From positions 91,018,001 to 91,082,000 of the forward strand of contig NW_024704743.1 of the NCBI RefSeq assembly GCF_018977255.1: DNA of 64,000 nucleotides, given 5' to 3'. Source of the DNA: Callorhinchus milii (Eukaryota). Made by a program: the position numbers and the translations under genes. Below, piece after piece: positions 12,687 to 24,080 of this stretch; within the stretch, counting starts at the first letter, position 1, and each line of letters starts with the position of its first letter. The notes under the pieces were generated by a model. The model was given only the letters and a program-made list of their open reading frames with translations, was not told the origin of the DNA and ran no database searches.

Positions 12687-14516
12687 GAAAAAATACACAG
12701 TAACTACACTTTACAGTATATCCTGAGAAGTGCTTTGAGAGGTCCTCCCAACAAGAAAGGTGTTGTGTCAAAAACAAGGATTTTTTTTATACCTTACATC
12801 AGAAAAGGCCTTCATGAACAAAAATTGCCTAGTTTGCATTGGCACATTTCTGATCGTAAGTTCTGAATGGTTCTTTGAGAGTTGCACTCTCCACAGGCTC
12901 CTGAGCCTGAATCTCTGCACAGTGGTTCAGCAAAGCAGATCTTCAATTAAAATGTTGATAAAAATCAGGTGCTCCAATGTCAGCAGTGCTGATATCATTT
13001 AGACACTTTAATACCGGGGACAGCAAGTTATATAATTGGAGCTAACATTCAACTGCCATTCACTTTCAGCATGATAGATTTATATAGAAATATAATTAAG
13101 ATGAGCTGAAGTACAAGAAGGGGATGTACTAGCACTACAAATTATTATGATTACTTTACATATAAAAGTCAACAATTAGACTGAAATACATGGAGTACTA
13201 TAAACACAGTAAAACCACATTGCCAATTTTCGTTCCAAATCATCCACTGTGACACCTCAATTCATAGAAGTTTCGACATAGAGAGCCAATTACTGGGAAT
13301 GGGATTCTGGAATCAATCGGCTCTTGATAATCCTGTAAACTACCACTCTTAATGGGTAAGGTAATCCTAGCTGGACAGGCAGAGGGAAACTATCCAATGC
13401 CTTTGTCCAGGTAAGTTGCAAGTTTACACTGTAACTGATTCAAATGTGAGGCATTCCAGATCCCCCAAAATAACAATTTACCCTTACATAGCATCTTTCA
13501 CAGAACATCTCAAATTGTTCTTAGTTACTCTGGCATCCCCCAGACCAGTACATTAATTGCCAGAACATCTAAAAGCCCAATGATCCCACCCCACACAGGT
13601 GACTTCAGGCCCAACCATTCTCACAACAACGAGACGTGATCAAGGTTGAAATAACACCCTATTAAGTGGCTTGTTATTGATCAAAGAATTGTCATTTTTA
13701 TCTTGTGATTTTATCACTCTTTGTTTTTTATTTTATATTTTATTTTATCACTCTTCCTCCCCACCTTTCCGAGAACAGCTTCAGCCAAATTCAGCACAGT
13801 TTTGATGAGTTTTTTTTCTTAACTAAGTGACAAGGTTTCAAATCCTACTGGCTTTATAATTTCAACTCTTCATGTGCTTTTAGATAATCTCTCACTGAAA
13901 GGTGCTTTATAAGGATAAATTGTTATTGTTGTTGCCCTGGAATACATTCAAGATTTTTCCCAATTTGTGCTGAGCTGGTGAATTGTATCTTTGATGTCCC
14001 AAAGAAGGTAAAATATACCCTAAAAACAAACTGAGGCACCTGAAAATAAACTCTAAACATTTATTAAATTTTGATTCTAAACGAGCAATCGATGAATGAG
14101 CTTTCAGCCATTTTGGCCTTGCTCTCTGGAACTGCATCTGGGAGTCTTTCAGCCTCCCCCCACCTTCAAAACACAATTTAAGACTTAAACTTTTTGACTG
14201 TGCTTTTAGCCACATCCCTTGTCAGACTCTCCCGAGCTCGGACTCCCAATGAGCTGTGTCAAGCACTTTGGAATGTCCTCCTCAAAGAGCCGTTATGCAA
14301 ATATAAATTATTATTAATAATAACTATCCCTGCATTTGATATAGCACCTCTTTATCATGTTTTGAGATGCTCAAAGCGCTTCATAGAATATGAAACATGT
14401 CTCCATGAGTTAGTGATGTGGCTTCTACAATACTGGCATGCACAAGCCTGCCCCAGACATTGATATTGCTTCTGGTGATATGGAATCAACCCCGTCAACT
14501 GAATATATACCGCATC

Positions 14517-14882
14517 AACAACAACAACTTGCACTTATATAGCATCCCCCATGCAGGGTAATGCCTCAGAGCGCTTAACAGTGGCGGAGCCTGACTCCGA
14601 ACCAAGGGAGTAGGGAGGAAGTGACCGTAGGCACGGGACGGGACTTGAAAAAGGGGAGAGAGCGGGGGCAAGGCGGAAGGATTGAGGGAGAGTGTTCCAG
14701 AGTTTTGGGGAGTAGTGGCTGAATGCGGGACCTCCAATGGTAGAGCGGAGGGTGTGAGGGCCGAGCAGGAGCCTGGTGCCAGTTGAGTGGAGGCACCGAA
14801 TGGTGGATTGGGGAGTGAGGAGGTCAGAGAGATAGGGAGGTGCCAGGGAGTGAATGGATTTGAACACGAGTGTGAGGATCTG
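14517..14882 (-). mobile_element. L2 LINE 3' fragment, same subfamily as the 2155 copy
   Basis: FKSIHSLAPPYLSDLL..AFSHYSPKLWNTLP and a (GTT)n tail. Confidence 0.88.
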
Positions 14883-15852
14883 CCAGGCCAGGATATTGGG
14901 GAGTTTCCTCTTCTGGATCTTGCAATACTCAGCTGTTCATTTCAGTGTGACTTTGCCCTTTATAATAATGATAATAATCATCATCATCCTTGCACTTGAT
15001 GTTGCGACATGTTGATCCGTCTCACAGCGCTTCATAGGAAAGTGGATTGACTGTATATTTTTGGGGAAGAATAGAAAGATCCAACTTTGATTTTAAACTC
15101 CATATCCTCCATACGTTGTCCTGTTTACATTTGTAATCAATCTATTAGTCTCATAATTCATACAACCTCCTCCCCACTGAACCACAGCAAGAAGCTTTCA
15201 CTCAACGCCGTTCTTTAAGAAATCTGAATCAAGGCTCGAGTCACACACAAGGTCACTTAAACTTTTGAAATCAAGTTAATACTAAACTATGAATAATAAC
15301 AGTCTCTTGGAGAAATATCATTCCTAACCCCAGGGCGTTGCTTAGATCAGCAAAGTCCTGCAGGTCGTACATTTACAGAGCCTCCATAGCTGTTATAAGA
15401 ATTCCTGAGAGCAAGTCAAGCGGAGTAGAATTTTTCATGCTAAATCCACATACTGCTACATGCTCTCCTCGAGCAATTACCAGACCTCAATCCTGCCGCA
15501 TGGTTAGAAAAACCTTTAAGTTTGTGACTGTTTTTATTGCGAGATACCATGGAGATATTAGATATCTGATGGTCTAATGTTCTCCTCCCCTCACCCCTAC
15601 ACAGTATCTGTGAGAAATCTGTCCAAGTGATTAATGGAAGTTCTGTGATATTTCAGCTTTCACTTTGCTGTTTTGTTCAGTCCTGCATTTCTTCAGGTTT
15701 TCCTGATGCCTTATAGATACTTTTCACCCTGAATTTGTACTCTTAGTGTACAGTTCATAAAAAAAACTTACAGCAAGGCATGATGCTGGTTTCACTGGAT
15801 GTGCGCACAGCTGGCTCACTTGTTTCCAGTGCACTGGCTGATTCCCACGCTA

Positions 15853-16079
15853 AAATAAATAATGGCTGACTTGTAGGTTTATCGGGTTTCTGGCAACATC
15901 ACTTCCTGTTTGATGCGCAAAGCAGCAAAGTGATGCTGACAATGACCTGAGGCCCCAGGATTCTACCATTTTTAATCTTGGGAATCTAAAATGGTCGTCT
16001 TGTGGGTCATTAGGTTGCCGCCTACATCACTCCCTACTTTGCATTTGCGCAAATAACCCAGAAGTAAGCCATTTTATTG
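15853..16079. repeat. Degenerate palindromic element of about 225 bp
   Basis: Nested complementary blocks AATAATGGCTGACTT/AAGTAAGCCATTTTATT, GCGCAAA/TTTGCGC, AGTGATG/CATCACT and ACCATTTT/AAAATGGT around a centre near 15978. Confidence 0.65.
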
Positions 16080-16630
16080 TGGAAAGCCAGACAGGGCACA
16101 GGAAGCAAGCAGGCTCACTGCGTGGACATACAGTGAATGTGATCCACAGTTCAATTATGTTACACCTAAATTTGCACTTTAATGAAGTGTGTTATAATGA
16201 AAGGGCCCTGGAATATGTTGTCCCCCCGGATTGTCCAGTGGATAAAGGGACTGTTTTGTGTAGCTTTACATTATACAGATCACAAGGTTTGCTGGCTGGA
16301 ATTCTGGTTTGTACTGAGTTAGCTAATCTCAGCCTGGTCAGCACTGACAGTGTTAAAATTGCCCTCAATATCTTTGGGTTTAGAAGAGGAAAATCATTCA
16401 AGATAACTGCTCCTGCTAAACACAACTAGATGGAAAACATATCACTTAATACCAACCATAGCACACATCCCACTTATATTTATGAACAAGGTTACACCAT
16501 ATTACTGTGTTGTGTAAGACACAAAATCAAGAACACTTTCTTGTTCATTGAAAAAAAAACAGCATTCCCTGAAATACTTTTTTTTAATGTTCATTGTAAT
16601 CCATCAGAGCACTGATCAATGATTGTCACC

Positions 16631-16995
16631 TGGCTCAGTTGGTAGCACTCTCGCATCAGAGTCAAAAGATTGTAGATGCAAGCTCCACATCTGGACATTG
16701 AGTTCATCATCTAGGCTGACACTCCAGTGCAGTGCTGGGAGTGCATTGCTCTGTTCGAGATGTAGTCGTTCGGATGAGAAACTAAACTGAGGTCCCTGTT
16801 CAGGTGGAAGTTAGAAATCCCATGGCATTATTTGAAAAGAGAAGGGAGTTTTTCCCTTGCATATGATATAGTGTCTTATCATGTCATCAAAATGTCTCAA
16901 AGCGTTTCACAGCATTTTGCTGGGAACTATAGTGACTGGGTGTTTTTGCAGATAAACATAGCAGCCAATTTGCGCACAACAATGTCCCACAAACA
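16631..16995. mobile_element. Older Deu-type SINE: 5' half on + (16631-16850) abutting an inverted 3' half (16853-16995)
   Basis: TGGCTCAGTTGGTAGCACTCTCGC..GAGTCA head, then the reverse complement of the tail and Deu core. Confidence 0.75.
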
Positions 16996-17102
16996 TCCAT
17001 GAAGTTAATTATGCTTAAAATGCCATTTAAATCATACATTCAGGACTTTACAGTAGATTTGGAATTGTAACGTGCAAGAGCTTCCAGAGACGCCTTCTAT
17101 CA

Positions 17103-17500
17103 GCAACAATAATTGGCATTTATATAGTAGCTTTCAGGTAAAGGACCAACTCAAAGCACTCGACAAATGTAGTGGTGAGAGCGAATAGGAAACAAAGAGA
17201 TTTGAAGATGAGCAAAGGTAATGGAAAATATTTTTAGGAGGTTTTTGAAGATTGGGAGAGCAGTAGCAAGGCCAAGCGATTTTGGGAAGAGGCTTCCAGA
17301 GCATAGAAGCATAAGGACTGAAAGCTCAGACTCTGATGGTCAAATGAAGAGTCAGGAGCGAGCAATGAGCTAAAAGCATAAGAGCAGAGGGTACAGGCTG
17401 GAATTATGGGCTGGTAAAGATGGCATAAATCAGGTGGGGCAAAACAATGAAATTATTTGAAAACCAGAATAAGGCAATTAAACTCAATCCTTTTAGGTAC
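17103..17500 (-). mobile_element. Highly decayed L2 3' fragment
   Basis: L2-like tail plus an AFSPYASMLWKPLP-like frame. Confidence 0.6.
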
Positions 17501-17576
17501 TGGTCATCATAATGGGTATATCCCATTGAAGAATATTATCTCTCTTAGCATCCTGTTCAGAACCAGCAAGATGGAT

Positions 17577-17837
17577 TAATAATAATAATAATCCTTGCAT
17601 TTGATATAGAGCTTTTCACATCTTCTAGATGGGTCAAAGCGCTTCACAGAATATGTTGTTAAGTGAATTGCCTGTATATTTGTGGGTGATACGTGGCAGA
17701 CAATTGCGCACAACAGTGTCCCACAAACAGTCACGGATTGAAAATGACCAATTTTTATTATTGTTTTGGTTTGGAGGGATTATTATTAGGCGTGTTGAGT
17801 AAAGAAACTTGCCCAAGGTTTCGCCCTGCCTGGAATT
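17577..17837 (-). mobile_element. Deu SINE, 5'-truncated within the tRNA head
   Basis: (ATT)n tail, Deu core and GGGCAAGTTTC segment. Confidence 0.88.
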
Positions 17838-19560
17838 GTGCTCACACATTATGGGACAGTCATGCAGATGTCGGAAAGGTGACCTTACAAAACCACAGGC
17901 TTTTTGAAAATTGTGACGAACGTCAGCTGATTTGATTGAACCACACATGCAGTATTCCTGTATTAGTGCAGTCAGCATTTCTCTACTGAGCTTCCTCCTG
18001 TGCAATCTTCCATACAGTGTAATAAATTAGAGGCACACAGAGCAACTGTATAACCCATTAACTTTAACCTTTCATTCCCTGAGGGCAAACTGATCTTACA
18101 GTGTTATTTGTTGAGTTACTTTACTATAGAACTCAGTGTTCTACACAGAAGCTAGCATCACAGCTAATCCTAATATTATAGGAACAAACTACGAGCAACA
18201 ATTCATTAAACTGGTGCTCTTCAACTTTGGAAAAAGGCATCTCAGGGTAGGTAGTGTAGAGGTATATTAAGATGCTAAATGGGACAGATTCAGAGTAATA
18301 ATTTCAGATCTGTCAAAGCAAATTTCTTTGCACAGACAGTAATTAGCAGCTCAAACAGGTTCTAGGAACAGTAGCGGAGAAAAGGCCAGGAAATAAGTGT
18401 CTTTAAGAATAGTGGAAAAACAGTTTCCAAATAAATTACGGATTTTGCAAAATTCGGTATGTTCTTACATTTTAAGCCACGCTCTTAAGGCTAATGTCAA
18501 ATCTCCAGAAACACGATACAGTACACTGCAATTACTGAACCAATGTCAAGCTCTGCTATTAACTCAAACATATTATCAAGTCAGTATGAATCAGAGTTTG
18601 ACCTGTGAATCACCATCTTTTAATGCACTGAATTTAACAAGAAAGGTTTATTACTGTAGCTCCTTACGGAACCAATAAAGCTTTCTTCCTGATTAGCATA
18701 TCGTAGAGCAGTACCTTCGGAAACCGATAACCTGATTCTTCAGATGTTTTTATTCTAAATCTATGAAAGATCCCTCCATTGCCTCACTCCACCATACCTT
18801 TGTAAACTACAACCCTACCACCCCTGGCCATTCCCTTCGCTCAGCAATCATGGGCCTGCTTCATGTCCCCGGTCTTGTCCATCCCATCATTGATTAGAGA
18901 GCTTTCCGTCCTGCTCTCATTCTCTGGAACTTCATTCTCCTTGTCTCAATTTAGACTTTTATCTAGTCAGGAACTCTAATATTCCAGCTCTATTTGACAT
19001 GACATTTATCAGTGTATTGATGACAGGGTCAGGCCACAGTTGACAGCCTTTTGGCACTCGCTGTATTAGCTCACAAAGAGATGACTATTTTGAGCTGATG
19101 AGGAGGTGGTAAGAAATGTGGATTTTACATAGATTTATATAAAATGTACAGCACGCAAAAAGGCTATTCGGGCTAACAAGTCTATGCTGTTTATATTCCA
19201 CATGAGTCTCCACGCATTTTGTTTACTCCCCCCTATATCCTACCCTTAAAGTTCCAAAAATATATTTCTTAAAAGAAACCCTTAGATAATGTGGGTCAAT
19301 CAGCATCTGAAAGAGAAAATAAGTAATAGTATTGGGGTAAATATGTGAAGGGTAGGATTGTGGGGAAAGGTGTGTGAGACTCTCCAACTAATATTGGGTA
19401 AGATATTGGTGAGGAGGTAGTGGTGGTGGTAGGGGGACTGTGTTGAAATCCCCAGCGCTTATTCGTAGGATTTTGTTTGGTAATTAGATAGGCCTCTGGA
19501 GCGCAGAGGCTGAAAGATTCAGCCTTTCTTAAAAATAAATGTTCTGCAATGTTCACTTAC

Positions 19561-20227
19561 CTCACCTACATAACTGTATTTGCACTTGAGAATCATCCTG
19601 TAAAGTCTCGTCCGGTTTTCATCCTCAAATGGCATAGTTCCACTCAGCAAAATATAGGAGATGACTCCTAAAGCCCACATATCTACAGCATTGGTATAAG
19701 GTTTCCGCAAGAGGATCTCAGGTGCAATATACTCTGGCGTGCCACAAGTGGTCCTCATAGACCAGTCTCCACCTTTGTTCCCAGAATTGGCCAGACCAAA
19801 GTCAGTGACTAGGATCTTGGAATCTGAACCTGGATGATAATAAAGGAGATTTTCCGGTTTCAGGTCCCTGTGTGTAATCCCCAAGCTATGCAAGTATCTG
19901 ATCCCATCTAGAACCATCTGCAGGACCCTGGTAGCGTCTCTCTCTGTAAAGGATCCTTTGGCAATAATGCGGTCAAAAAGTTCTCCGCCAGTAGCAAGTT
20001 CCATCACCATGTACACACGGTTTTGGGTCTCAAAGACCTCGATGAGCTGGATGATGTTGCGGTGACTTACTCTCCTCAGCACATTAAGCTCGGACTCGCA
20101 CACCTCCTTCCCTTCCTTTGCTCTGGTCTCAATCATTTTGATGGCAAAGGGCTGTCTGGTGGCTCTGTGCTCAACTCTCACTACTCTGCTGAAGCTCCCT
20201 CTTCCGATCAAAGCCTTGATGTCGTAC
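19561..20227 (-). CDS. PSKH2: PSKH-family kinase coding exon 2 (most of the kinase domain)
   Basis: Acceptor ttttccag|G TAC GAC completes R-YDIKALIGRGSFS. Contains FAIK, HRDLKPEN, DFG, TCGTPEYIAPE and DMWALGV. Ends ...YVGE|GTAAGT. 667 nt, phase 2 to phase 0. The intron at R|YDIK and the GDW motif are PSKH2-like as recalled from the human paralogues. Confidence 0.92.
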
Positions 20228-22529
20228 CTGGAAAAGCACAATGCACAAATGACAAGATTGATACAGAACCATGGCAGAACTTTTCAAAAACTTTTACACT
20301 TCCAAATTATAGATAATGATTAATAACAAGTGTTGTTTCTTTCATGGTGACGGTAATAATAATAATAATCCTTGTATTTGCTAGAGAGTGGAGCTCTGCT
20401 GTAACACTGGCTATTCTGCCTTTCCCACACGACAGCCAGACTTCTGAACTGCTGATGGAGCTGGTGCACCCGTTTTGACACAAATAAATGCCAGGGACCA
20501 TGTCCAAATCATGTTATAAGCAAATCTTGGTTAAATGGTTTAAGTCAAAAGATCTCAAAGTGCTTCAGAGATAATTGTTATCACGTGTAGTGACTGTAAT
20601 TGTAGCCAGACAATTTGCACACAAATAACAACAATAAAATTACATTTATATAGTGCCTTTCACGTCAGGAGGACGTCCCAAGGCACTGGACAGACAGAGT
20701 TTAGGGTCGGGGTGGGGGAGGGCAGAGAGGAAAGTAGGGAGATCAAAAGCACGGTCGAAGAGGAGGGTCTTGAGATGGGTCTTGAAGGTGGCGAGGGAGG
20801 GCACGAGATGGAGGGCCGGGGATGGAGTTCCAGAAGGTGGGTGCAGAACGGTGGAAGGCCCACCCGCCAATAGTGGGGCAAGCAAGGCAGGGGACGTGAA
20901 ACAGGCCGGAGCCCGCTGAGCGGAGGGAGCAAACAGGGTAGTAGGGGGTTAGGAGGTTGGAGAGGTATAGGGGAGCACGACCATGGAGGGCTTTAAAGGT
21001 GAGGACCAGAATCTTGAACTGTATCCTCTGGGTGATGGGAAGCCAGTGGAGTTGGGCAAGGATGAAGGTGATAGGGTCACAGAGCCTGGTGCGGGAGAGG
21101 ATACGGGCTGCAGAGTTCTGGATGATCTGCAGCCTGTGGAGGGAGGAGTTGTGGAGGCCGACCAGCAGTGAGTTTGCATAGTCGAGCTTCGATGTAATGA
21201 AAGCATGTATGAGGGTTTTGGCGGCCTGCGGTGTGAGATATTATCGGAACTGGGCGACATTGTGGAGGTGGCGGAAGGCAGAAGTGGTCATGGTGCAGAT
21301 GTGGGGTAGAAAGGATAGTTGGGGGTCAAACAAGACGCAAAGGTTCCGGACTGGCTTAGCAAGGTATAGTGTGTATCCATGGATGATGATGCTGTCAGTG
21401 CCTGTAGTGTGGAGGCGCTGACAGGAGCCAATCAGGAGAGCCTCGGTCTTGTTGACGTTCAACTGAAGAAAGTTCGCTCTCATCCAGGACTTGGTGTCTG
21501 ACAGACATTCTGCCAGCACAGCAGTGGTCCTGGAATCAAGGGAGGAGGCAGAGAGGTAGAGTTGGGTGTCACTTGCATGCATGTGGAAGTTGACCCCATG
21601 TCTGCGGATGATGTCACCAAGAGGGAGCATATAGATGTTGAAGAGGAGGGGACCAAGGACAGAGTCCTGAGGAACACCGCACGAGGTCCGGGGGCTAGAG
21701 GAGAAGCTGTTTGAGGAGATGAAGTGCAGGCTGTATGAGAGGTACGATCTGAACCAATCAAAGACAGCGCCGTGGAGGTTGAGGTGAGAGGAGAAGCGGT
21801 GGATGGGGATAGCGTGGTTGACGGTGTCAAAAATAGTACAGAGAGGTCAAGGAGTACGAAGAGGCAGAGGGAGCTTTGGTTGCAGATGGACAGAATGTCA
21901 TTTGTTACTTTTCCCAGGGCTGTTTCTGTGCTGTGGGCGGAACGGAAACCCGATTGGGGGGGTTTGAGAAGGGAGTGGCGGGAGAGGAAGGAGTGAAGCT
22001 GAGAAGCAACAACTCATTCCAAGACCTTGGAGAGGAAGGGGAAGTTGGAGATGGGGCGGTAGTTAGGGAGTAGAGAAGGATCCAGGGAGGGTTTTTTAGG
22101 ATAGGGATGATGACAGCGGTTTTTAAAGGGGTGGGAACAGTACCAGAGGACAGGGAGAGGTTAACGATGTCAGTGAGTAGAGGGGCAAGGAGGTAGAGCT
22201 GGGAGGGGGGTAGGGATGGGGTCGAGGGAGCAGGTGGTAGGTTTCATACGAGTTATGGGAGTGATGAGAGAGGATGGGAAGACAGGTTCAAAGGTGTAGA
22301 GGGAGGGGTGGGTAGGGGCTGGGGTGGGAGGAGGAGATGGGGAGGGGGTAGCAATTGCAGTGGCAGCTGAGTGGATTTCCTCAACTTTGGATTGGAGGAC
22401 ATCCAGCATCACCTCGCAGTTGGCATTTGAGGTGAGGATGGGTGAGGCGTGAGAGTGTGGGCGGAGGAGTCGGTTCGTGATGGAGACAAGGAATCTGTAG
22501 TTGTTCTTAGTCTCCATGATTGTCTTCTG

Positions 22530-22893
22530 ATTAGCTCTGTGACCTCCTAGCCCCCTACGAACCCGCCCGCTCCTTCGCTCAGCCGGCTCCGGCCTTCTTC
22601 ACGTCCCCTGACCCACCCGCCCCAGCAATTGGCGGGAGAGCCTTCAGCCACGCTGCCCCCAACCTCTGGAATTCCATCCACCAATCACTCCGCCTCGACC
22701 CCTCCTTAGCCTCCTTCAAGTCCCACCTCAAAACCCTCCTCTTCGACCATGCCATCGGTCAGCCCCTTCCCCTCCCCTGCCTTCTCCCTCTCTGACCCCA
22801 GCTTGGGTCTGAAATGCTGTACACTGTCCAGTGCCTTGGGACATCCTCCCGATGTGAAAGGCGCTATACAAATGTAATCTTGTTGTTGTTGTT
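22530..22893 (+). mobile_element. L2 3' fragment inserted antisense in the host L2
   Basis: GRAFSHAAPNLWNSI frame and GTGAAAGGCGCTATACAAATGTAATC(TTG)n tail. Confidence 0.88.
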
Positions 22894-23367
22894 AGAGTAG
22901 AACAATGATTTAGCGGAGGCGAGGGTGGAGAGGAAGGATTTGACATAGTTCAGCCAAATCTGCCAGTGCACAGTTAAGTTTGATTTAGTTCAGATGACTC
23001 CAAGGCAGCCGAGAGGGAGGGGTGGGGTGGGGGGAGATTTTTTTCCAGGGGCTGTACGAGATGGAGATGGGTTGGGTGGCAGTGGGGAGAGGGATTGAGG
23101 AGTTAAGGGAGATGAAGTGATGGTCCGAGATCGCTTTGTCGATGATGGTGAGGTCCGAGACGGTGAGGTCCCGAGTGATCACCAGGTCAAGGGGGTGACC
23201 GCGGATGTGGGTGGCGGAGTGGATGTGGAGGGCGAGATTGAGGGAGGAGATAAGGGAGGAAAAGTCAGCAGAGGTAGAGCAGGAGGTGGTGAAGTGAAGG
23301 TGGAAATCGCCAAGGATGAGGAGGCGTTCAGAGTGAAGGGAAAGGGACGATAGGAGGGTGGAGATGT

Positions 23368-24080
23368 AACAACAACAACAAGATTCCATTTATAGAGCGC
23401 CTTTCACGTCAGGAGGACGTCCCAAGGCGCTGGACAGTTGGGTCAGGACCCGAGCAGGGGGGAAATGGTCAGGGTGAGGGGAGGGAAGGGACGGAACGAG
23501 GAGGGGGTAGAGAGTCGAGAGGGGAGCTGAAGGCAAAGAGAAAGGTCTTGAGACTGACCTTGAAGGAGGAAAGGGAGGAGGCGGCGAAGGCACTGGGGGA
23601 TGGAGTTCCAGAGCCTCGGGGCTGAGAGGCTGAAGGCCCGACCACCGATGGTAGGGCGGTTGTGGCGGGGAATGTGGAGCAGACCAGAGCCAGAGGAACG
23701 GAGGGTTCAGGCAGGTAGGTAGGGGGATAGTAGGTCGGATAGGTAGGAGGGAGCGAGGCCGTGAATGGCCTTGTAGGTGAGGATGAGGATCTTGAATTCG
23801 ATCCTCTGGGCGATGGGGAGCCAGTGGAGGGGAGCGAGGGTGGGAGTGATGTGGTCGCGAAGCCTGGTGTGGGACAGTACACGAGCGGCAGAGTTCTGAA
23901 TGACCTGCAGCTTGTGGAGGGAGGTGCCGGGAAGGCCGGCGAGGAGAGAGTTCCCATAGTCCAGCCTTGAGGTGATAAAGGTGTGGACCAGAGTTTCAGC
24001 AGCGTGAGGGGTGAGGTAGTGCCGTAGTCTGGCGATGTTTCGGAGATGATGGAAGTCGGTGCCAGTTGTGGCACGGATAT
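23368..24080 (-). mobile_element. Young L2 subfamily 3' fragment nested in the host L2 endonuclease region
   Basis: Closely similar to 51187-51895. Flanked by GGAGATGT/GGATATGT, a possible TSD. Confidence 0.9.

Noticed and set aside
1..19560. Third coding exon of the kinase (expected PWPS.S.LAKDFID...SMKNL)
   Set aside because: No matching frame found by eye. An SMKN near 15430-15442 continues STPLD and is unrelated. The exon probably lies beyond the left edge.
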